Below, piece after piece: positions 24,717 to 31,324 of a stretch of DNA of 31,324 nucleotides. The notes below the pieces were generated by a model. It was not told the origin of the DNA. It saw only the letters and a program-made list of their open reading frames with translations, and searched no databases. The position numbers and the translations under genes are program-made. Location: positions 1 through 31,324 of the forward strand of contig CAXXTH010000004.1 of the NCBI GenBank assembly GCA_963668025.2, in the 5' to 3' direction. This DNA is from Candidatus Hydrogenedentota bacterium. GTDB taxonomy: Bacteria > Hydrogenedentota > Hydrogenedentia > Hydrogenedentales > SLHB01. How positions within the stretch are numbered: position 1 is the first letter of the stretch; every line of letters starts with the position of its first letter.

Positions 24717-27700
24717 ACCGGCATGGCGCAGTGCATCACCCGCGTATGGCCACCAGGCTGCTCACGAGCCTGGCGGCGGCGGCGTTCTTTTTGGCGTTGG
24801 CCTGGGCCACCGCCGTGATGATGCTCCGCGTGTTCGAGCCCAAGCCTCGCTTGGAGCCTATCGTCCCCTTTAAAGGGTACAGCCTGGACGCCATGCAGCG
24901 CGCGATAGCCCCTGAACGAGTCCAGGCGGAACTGGACCGTATCTTGGCGATGGGTTCGCGGTTCATGGGGCAGCCGGGATGCAGCCAGACGGCGGCCTAC
25001 ATTCGGGAGCGCTTCCAGCAAGCCGGGCTGGAAGTACACGAACAAACGTATCGGACCGCCGCGCCCCGCACCTTGCGGCGTGAAATATACGTGGAGGATG
25101 CTGCGGCGGGCGCTCCCGGATTCCGGAAGCCAGATCAGGCTGAGGTGTATCCCTTCTGGCCCAACCACATGCAGCCCATGAACACACCGCCGGAAGGGCT
25201 TGTAGGGGAATTGACGCTGGCCTCGGAGGATTTGCTCCACACGCGCGGCGATTTTTCGGACTGCATTGCACTCGTGGACGCCAGCAGCGGGCAAGTTCCA
25301 GAAAGCTGTGGTTTTGACTGGGCTTCGTATGCCGCCATGGGGTTCCGCGCGGTGATCATCGCGCATCCCGATGGACTGGAGGCCATGCCTTGGCCGCGCA
25401 TCATGGGCAATCGCGACAATCCGGCGGGGGGATTCATCAATGGCGGCATCCCCGTAAATTTCGTGCGCCTGGCGGCCACGCCGGGCATCTTCGCGCTGGC
25501 CGGACGCCGGATCAAGCTGTGCGTGAAAACCCGCTGGGAAAATGTCTTGAATACGTCCGTGTTCGGCATCCTGCATGCGGCGAAATCCGCCCACGAGGCG
25601 CTCGTGCTCGCATCCGACTATGATGCCTGCGCGATTCTCCCAGATTTGGCCCCCGGCGTCTTGCAAGCTTATGAGCCCGCTACCCAATTATGCCTGCTGG
25701 ATGGATTGCTCGAATACCGCCAATCGCTCCAGCGGGATATCGTGTTCGCCGCGTTTCCAGGACGCGCCATGTCGGACGACGGCGTGAACAACCTTCTCCG
25801 CGTGCTGGGCCCTAGCCGGGCCAGTGCGCAGGAGAATCGATTATTGGCGGCTTTCGGCAAAGGAATGCGTGAAGAGCCGGGCTCCATGGAATCACGGGAA
25901 AAAGCGCGGCTGGAAACACGCATGGCCCCCATTCAAACGCGCATGGAGCAGAATACAGCGCGGCTCGATATGCTCGGACGCCTTGACGAGGCTTTCCAAG
26001 ATCCGGACTTTTTCGTGGAGCCTTCTCGAACAGAAGCGGCCATCGAGGATGGGGACTCAGCCACTCGCGCATTCTTGACGGAACAATACCGGTATGTCCT
26101 TAGCACGCTCGTGTTTGAGCGGTCCGAAGAGGCGCTTCAGGCGAAACTCGCCTTCGAGCGGACGCCGGGCGCGCGCCTCGATGGCCCCGAGTTCCAGGCC
26201 TATTTAAAGGTGAAGCGGGAGTATGACGAGGCTCAATCGGCGACGGGATATGGGCTTTCCGGATTGCTGCGGGATAAGCAGGCCTACGCCGCGCGGTATG
26301 AGGTGCGCTCGCGGATGCGGGCGCGCTTCGAGGAATTGCTCGCGTATCACCAGGAGCGCCAGCAATCGTTTGAGCAAGACGCGGGCATTGTCCGCGCCTT
26401 AAATCCGTATAATGAATGGGTGGCGGTCCTGCCGGGATTCGCACCATCGAGCCGCCCCGGCGATGCCGCCGAAACGGCCAGTTTTTCCGGCGGCTCTTAT
26501 CTCATCCAAACACCGGAACGGGTGTTCGAGGCCCTTCTTGCGTCATCCCGCCAGCAAGCCGGGCTGGCGGGCGTCTTGAATCTCCCCAAGGTGGACCGCT
26601 GGCATGACGCGGCGGTGCAGCGGGAACTGGGTGCGATGACGCCGTATGGCCCCACGGACGCCTTCCGCGCTTACGGCTATCAAGCATTCCGGCTGGTGAA
26701 TTTCGGGCGTGCGGAATCGTATAACGATTTCAGCATACCGGCCGGGAAGCCCTACATGCGCAATGCGGAGTCGATGCGCCATTCGCTGCTGCTGGCGGGC
26801 GATGCGGCCTTGGCCCTGGCACACGGCGTGGGCCGGTTCCCGTCCTTGGTGGGCAATGCGTATGATTTTAAAGGCCGGGTGCTGGCGTCGAATGTCGGCC
26901 AGTCCGTTGTGCCAAATTATCCCCTTAAAAACGCCTTGCTCGGCACGCGCTCGAGAATGAATCCCGTGCAGTTCTCCGCGCCGGGCTATTTCGACATTCC
27001 CTTCGCATTCGCGGACCCCTATGGCCAATTTGATTTCTATAACAGTAGCGCCTCCAACCGCGCCTTTATCAATCTTCCGCTCAGCAAGGATGATGGAGTG
27101 GGCTATTCGCCGATGGCTTGCGCGTTTGGAGAAGACGGTCTGATCTCCTATATGAAAGATGAAGGCGAAGAAGGCCAGCGGCTGTTCAAGTCATCAGGCC
27201 TGCTCTGGAATGATCGCGAGCGGTTCCGGGATCTGACCATCATCACGTTCCGCAGTGCGCCCGTCACGATGCTGGACCTGGAAAATCCCCAAACCGGAAG
27301 CTTGTATGGATGGGTGGAACTGCTCGACCGCAACGGGCTGTCCCCGCTGGGCAAGCGATGCGCGTTCTCGCTTAAAAATGCGTTCACCACGTTTTGCACG
27401 CCGGACAAGCGGTTGTTTGTAGAATTGATGGCGGGTTCGCCGGAAAATCCGCTCGCCCTCACGACCCGCGCGTTCATGCTAGGCAATACAAATGGAGCGG
27501 ATGTTGATCCGAGGAAAGAGATCGATGGCTCGGGCTATCTGGCGGCGGACACGCATATCGTGCCGGATGTGCCCGCCCGGATTGCTGAGTCCATGGATTA
27601 TGTGAACGGCAAGCGTATCGCGTTGCTAAACCAGCACGGCATGGCGGATGAACGCGCGAATGAATACCAGCAAAAGGCGGAAGCCTTGTTCGCCAGCAGC

Positions 27701-29935
27701 CGCGAGCCAGGAAAGCCGTTCCATGAAGCGCGCATCGAAGCGCGCGATTCCGTGACGTATAACGAATTGAATCATCCGGTGCTGCGCCGCCAAATCTCGG
27801 AAGCGGTCATCGGTATTCTGTGGTATCTTGGGCTGCTTGTTCCATTCTGTTTCTTCTTCGAGAAGCTGGTCTTCGGTTATGCGGACGTACGCAAGCAGCT
27901 TGCCGCGCAAGCAGTCATCTTCTTAATCGTGTTTGGGTTGCTGCGGGTGTTCCATCCGGCTTTCGAGATGATCCGCTCCTCGCTGATGATCTTGCTTGGC
28001 TTTATCATCATCCTGGTTTCTTCGGGCGTCACGCTGCTCTTTTCGTCGAAGGCCAAGGAAAACTTGGAGGAAATACGCCGCCGCCAGGGGAAAGTGCGCG
28101 CGGCCGAGATCAATGTGCTTGGCGTGATGGCCACCGCGTTCTTGCTGGGGCTGAACAATATGCACCGACGACGGGTGCGGACGGGACTAACCTGTGGCAC
28201 GCTCGTGTTGATGACCTTTGTAGCGATTTGCTTCACCTCGGTTCAAACCGGCATCGTGGACGAAGCCATAGCGATCTCGAAAGCGCCCTATCCGGGCATT
28301 CTCGTTAAGAACAAGGATTTCGAGCCCCTTGATGCCGTATCGGGGATCGTGAATGAGTATAGCGGGCGCTATGCTCTGTGCGAACGGGAGATGTATCTGG
28401 GAGAACAGTACCAGGGCCAGTCGTACAATCCCTCGTTGCTGATCGCCTTCGAGCCGGAAGGCGCCCCCACGCGGAGCCTGCGTTTTAACTCGATTGTGAA
28501 GCTGGCCGCCGCGGAGCCTATGCAGCGCGAATTGAAATTCCTCACCCATACGCCGTGGTTCACGCCCGAACAGGAACGCGATTCCGGCGAGGCCTGCCCC
28601 GCGTTTATTCCAGACACGATTGCGCAGAAGCTAGGCATCACACCTGCGCGCGTCGAACAGGGTGATTGCATGGCCCGCATCAACGGGCGTGATTTCCGTA
28701 TTCAGGGCATTTTCTCGGCGGAATCGTACAACGCACTTCAAGACCTGGATGGCCAGCCGCTGCTTCCTTTCGACATCGAGGCAATGGCGAACGTGGCCGC
28801 CATGGAGAATAATGTCGTGCTGGCCAAGGACACCGATCCCCGCATTCCCGCGCAGCAGATCGTACTCTGCCCCGCGAAGCGCGACCTCCAGCTCCAACTG
28901 CAATATGGAAAACCGCGCCGGGTGTCCATGGCCATCAGCATGCCCCATGCGCCATATAAAGAAGCGAAGGCGGTGATCGATTCCTATCTCGAACGCAAAG
29001 CGGAACTGGTGTTCTATGGAATCAACGGCGTCGCGTATCGCGGCCAGCGCACCCGTGAGACCAGCATGGCGGGCATGATCGACCTGCTGCTGCCGCTGAT
29101 GATCGCCGCGCTGACCGTGCTGAACACCATGAAAGGCTCGGTGTACGAACGGCGGGATGAAATCATGGTGTATAACGCCGTGGGGATCGCTCCGCGCTAT
29201 GTGTTCTTCATGTTTTTAGCGGAGGCGGCGGTCTACAGCGTCGTCGGTTCGGTTCTCGGATATCTATTGAGCCAAGGGGCGGGGCGGATTTTGGCTTTCT
29301 GGGAAATCTCGGGCGGGATGTCCACGTCATTCACCTCGATCAATACGATCTACGCCTCGCTGGCCATCACCGCTGCTACATTTATATCCACCTATTTCCC
29401 TGCACGGTCGGCCATGCAAATCGCCACCCCCGCCGAAGAAGCCGGGTGGCGTTTGCCGGAGCCGGAAGGGGATGTGCTGCGGTTCCGGCTGCCCTTTACG
29501 TTTAGCGTGGAAGACCGCATCGCTATCATGGCCTTCTTCCACCGCTATCTTCAGGATCATGGCGAGGGAAGCGCGGAACGCTTTTTCGCCACGGGCCCGG
29601 AAATGGGGATCCGTGAGGAGTGCGATGCGTTGGCCGATGGCGCGTATATTCCGATGATCGCTTGTACGGTCTGGCTGAAGCCATTTGACCTGGCGGTGTC
29701 GCAAGAAATGTCCTTATCGGCGCCCACGGACGAAGAGACGGGCGAATATATCGCGGAGATCTCGCTTAAGCGCCTTTCCGGAACCCGTGAATCCTGGCTC
29801 CGCTTGAATGTGGGATTCGTGCGGCAAGTCCGGCGGCATTTATTGCATTGGCGCGCCGTCAGCTCAGAAGAACGAGCGGAGATGTTCGTCGAGGGAAAAG
29901 AGGCCATGGAACAATGCGTTACGTTAGCGCCCTGA
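24713..29935 (+). CDS. M28 peptidase-fold / MacB-FtsX-like permease fusion, 1740 aa
   Basis: N-terminal anchor, GSRFMGQPGC..A.YI, VLASDYD, DIVFAAF (M28 fold); TM cluster; NMHRRRVRTGLT (MacB-like first TM); SVYERRDEI.VYNAVG..FLAEA (FtsX signature); alternative ATG at 24746. Confidence 0.85.
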   Translation: MNRHGAVHHPRMATRLLTSLAAAAFFLALAWATAVMMLRVFEPKPRLEPIVPFKGYSLDAMQRAIAPERVQAELDRILAMGSRFMGQPGCSQTAAYIRERFQQAGLEVHEQTYRTAAPRTLRREIYVEDAAAGAPGFRKPDQAEVYPFWPNHMQPMNTPPEGLVGELTLASEDLLHTRGDFSDCIALVDASSGQVPESCGFDWASYAAMGFRAVIIAHPDGLEAMPWPRIMGNRDNPAGGFINGGIPVNFVRLAATPGIFALAGRRIKLCVKTRWENVLNTSVFGILHAAKSAHEALVLASDYDACAILPDLAPGVLQAYEPATQLCLLDGLLEYRQSLQRDIVFAAFPGRAMSDDGVNNLLRVLGPSRASAQENRLLAAFGKGMREEPGSMESREKARLETRMAPIQTRMEQNTARLDMLGRLDEAFQDPDFFVEPSRTEAAIEDGDSATRAFLTEQYRYVLSTLVFERSEEALQAKLAFERTPGARLDGPEFQAYLKVKREYDEAQSATGYGLSGLLRDKQAYAARYEVRSRMRARFEELLAYHQERQQSFEQDAGIVRALNPYNEWVAVLPGFAPSSRPGDAAETASFSGGSYLIQTPERVFEALLASSRQQAGLAGVLNLPKVDRWHDAAVQRELGAMTPYGPTDAFRAYGYQAFRLVNFGRAESYNDFSIPAGKPYMRNAESMRHSLLLAGDAALALAHGVGRFPSLVGNAYDFKGRVLASNVGQSVVPNYPLKNALLGTRSRMNPVQFSAPGYFDIPFAFADPYGQFDFYNSSASNRAFINLPLSKDDGVGYSPMACAFGEDGLISYMKDEGEEGQRLFKSSGLLWNDRERFRDLTIITFRSAPVTMLDLENPQTGSLYGWVELLDRNGLSPLGKRCAFSLKNAFTTFCTPDKRLFVELMAGSPENPLALTTRAFMLGNTNGADVDPRKEIDGSGYLAADTHIVPDVPARIAESMDYVNGKRIALLNQHGMADERANEYQQKAEALFASSREPGKPFHEARIEARDSVTYNELNHPVLRRQISEAVIGILWYLGLLVPFCFFFEKLVFGYADVRKQLAAQAVIFLIVFGLLRVFHPAFEMIRSSLMILLGFIIILVSSGVTLLFSSKAKENLEEIRRRQGKVRAAEINVLGVMATAFLLGLNNMHRRRVRTGLTCGTLVLMTFVAICFTSVQTGIVDEAIAISKAPYPGILVKNKDFEPLDAVSGIVNEYSGRYALCEREMYLGEQYQGQSYNPSLLIAFEPEGAPTRSLRFNSIVKLAAAEPMQRELKFLTHTPWFTPEQERDSGEACPAFIPDTIAQKLGITPARVEQGDCMARINGRDFRIQGIFSAESYNALQDLDGQPLLPFDIEAMANVAAMENNVVLAKDTDPRIPAQQIVLCPAKRDLQLQLQYGKPRRVSMAISMPHAPYKEAKAVIDSYLERKAELVFYGINGVAYRGQRTRETSMAGMIDLLLPLMIAALTVLNTMKGSVYERRDEIMVYNAVGIAPRYVFFMFLAEAAVYSVVGSVLGYLLSQGAGRILAFWEISGGMSTSFTSINTIYASLAITAATFISTYFPARSAMQIATPAEEAGWRLPEPEGDVLRFRLPFTFSVEDRIAIMAFFHRYLQDHGEGSAERFFATGPEMGIREECDALADGAYIPMIACTVWLKPFDLAVSQEMSLSAPTDEETGEYIAEISLKRLSGTRESWLRLNVGFVRQVRRHLLHWRAVSSEERAEMFVEGKEAMEQCVTLAP

Positions 29936-29944
29936 GGCAACCGC

Positions 29945-31324
29945 ATGCGTAAGATGGATAACGATATCGAAACGTACAGGGAAATCCTCCAGCCCGCATC
30001 GGAATACAAGGACGGGTTCGGATGGAACACCGTCGTGGGGATATTTTTCTGCGGCCTCATCATGATGCCGGGCGGCATCTATTTAGGATTGATGACAGGC
30101 GGAAACCTCGGCCCAGCGGCTTCGTGGGTGACGGTGATCCTGTTCATGGAGATCGCCCGGCGGGCCATGAAGCCCATGTCGAAGCAGCACCTGGTGATTC
30201 TGCTTCATGCGGCGTCCATCATGATGATAGCCAATGTCTTGATGCCCGGCGGGCCGCTCGGGTGGCTCGTGTACCGCGCGTATCTAACGGGGAGCGACGC
30301 GGTCCGGGACGCCGGAATGGCGGGCGCTTTTCCCAAATGGTTCTGCCCGCCCCCAGACAGCCCCGCGATTTTGGACCGGACGTTTTTCCACAAGGATTGG
30401 CTGATTCCGCTGGGCCTGGTGCTGTTTGGCATGGCCACGGAACTCGTGTCGAAATACAGTCTTGGCTATGTATTCTTCCGCCTCACCTCCGATATCGAAA
30501 AGCTGCCATTCCCACTGGCTACGGTGAGCGCGCAGGGCGCGATGGCCTTGGCGGAAGCGGATGCGTCGAAAACAGAGGAGGGCGAAAAAGCCGCTCCGGC
30601 CAAACAGAAGAGCCTGCGTTGGCGCATCTTTTCCTTCGGGGCGACGCTGGGCCTGGTCTTCGGCATGCTGCAAGTGGGCATTCCCACGATCACGGGATTG
30701 TTCTTGTCCAAACCGTTCTACCTCATCCCGTCGCCGTTCGTGGACACGACAGTGCTTACGGAATCCTTGCTGCCCGCCACGGCCACGGGCATGGCGGTCG
30801 ATCTCGGCATCGTGCTTCTCGGATTCGTGCTGCCGTTTTGGGCTGTCATGGGCACGTTCACCGCCATCGTGCTGACGGCCATTCTCAATCCGGTGCTATA
30901 CCATTATGGCGTATTGCATACCTGGCAGCCCGGCATGGATACCGTGAATACTACCTTCTCCGCCAACATGGATTTCTGGCTGAGTTTTGGCATCGGCTCC
31001 GGCCTGGGCATCACGCTGGTGTGCCTGTTTTCGACATTCCGCGATATCCGCTCCCAATGGCGGGCCGTGGCCTTGCGCCGGAAAACACAGCCGGAAACGC
31101 GGGATTTATGGGCGGCTCCAAATACCGGGCGCGGCGATTGCCCCATCTGGCTGGCGATAGCCGCATATGGCCTGGCGTCAACCGCTTTGATTATTATTTG
31201 CTATATCGTGCTGCCTAAATCAATCAGCATCTTGTTCTTTCTGATCTTTTTCGCTTTCGGCTTTACGCCGCTAATCACCTACGTCAATGCCCGGCTGCTT
31301 GGTATCGCGGGACAATGGGTCGAG
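29945..31324 (+). CDS. OPT-superfamily-like membrane transporter (3' truncated; absent from the ORF track)
   Basis: Open frame from ATG 29945 to the window end (460 codons): MRKMDNDIETYREIL..DGFGWNTVVGIFFCGLIMMPGGIYLGLMTG..AASWVTVILFMEIARR..SDIEKLPFPLA; many TM segments. Confidence 0.85.
   Translation, partial: MRKMDNDIETYREILQPASEYKDGFGWNTVVGIFFCGLIMMPGGIYLGLMTGGNLGPAASWVTVILFMEIARRAMKPMSKQHLVILLHAASIMMIANVLMPGGPLGWLVYRAYLTGSDAVRDAGMAGAFPKWFCPPPDSPAILDRTFFHKDWLIPLGLVLFGMATELVSKYSLGYVFFRLTSDIEKLPFPLATVSAQGAMALAEADASKTEEGEKAAPAKQKSLRWRIFSFGATLGLVFGMLQVGIPTITGLFLSKPFYLIPSPFVDTTVLTESLLPATATGMAVDLGIVLLGFVLPFWAVMGTFTAIVLTAILNPVLYHYGVLHTWQPGMDTVNTTFSANMDFWLSFGIGSGLGITLVCLFSTFRDIRSQWRAVALRRKTQPETRDLWAAPNTGRGDCPIWLAIAAYGLASTALIIICYIVLPKSISILFFLIFFAFGFTPLITYVNARLLGIAGQWVE

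Noticed and set aside
30022-31218. 398-aa plus-strand ORF in the track
   Set aside because: Arg/Gly/Ala-rich shadow frame overlapping the real membrane protein that starts at 29945
1-31324. CRISPR array, tRNA or rRNA
   Set aside because: No regularly spaced direct repeats; the cloverleaf at 407-464 is too short and lacks tRNA T-loop and D-loop consensus

Overview
GC-rich bacterial window, probably Candidatus Hydrogenedentes or a relative (inferred from the style of the DUF1559/H-X9-DG protein and the C-terminal sorting tail). Left part (1-7.4 kb) is housekeeping: folK (partial)-panB-panC-panD-gltX-ROK kinase, converging on an amrB(MEMO)-SMUG1 pair. Middle (7.4-12 kb): an AT-rich PLD-like (HDRF/GTSxN) gene split by a 1370-bp ISKra4-family IS with an 8-bp target duplication, then a PadR regulator whose membrane-anchored partner is frameshifted at an A7 run. 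Right part (12-31 kb) looks like a LacI-centred, divergently transcribed glycan-utilisation locus. Its minus arm is LacI, GH42 beta-galactosidase, a pilin-like DUF1559 protein, a beta-helix protein and an SGNH-Ig-LamG protein. Its plus arm is a surface-anchored Trp/Tyr-rich protein followed by three large membrane proteins: a DUF6785-like/OPT-like protein with a CBM-like insert, a 1740-aa fusion of an apparently inactive M28 peptidase fold with a MacB/FtsX permease, and a second OPT-like protein cut by the window edge. This trio sits where SusC/D or a sugar ABC importer would normally be and is the best candidate for an uncharacterised system. All family calls come from motif recognition by eye; no database search was run.
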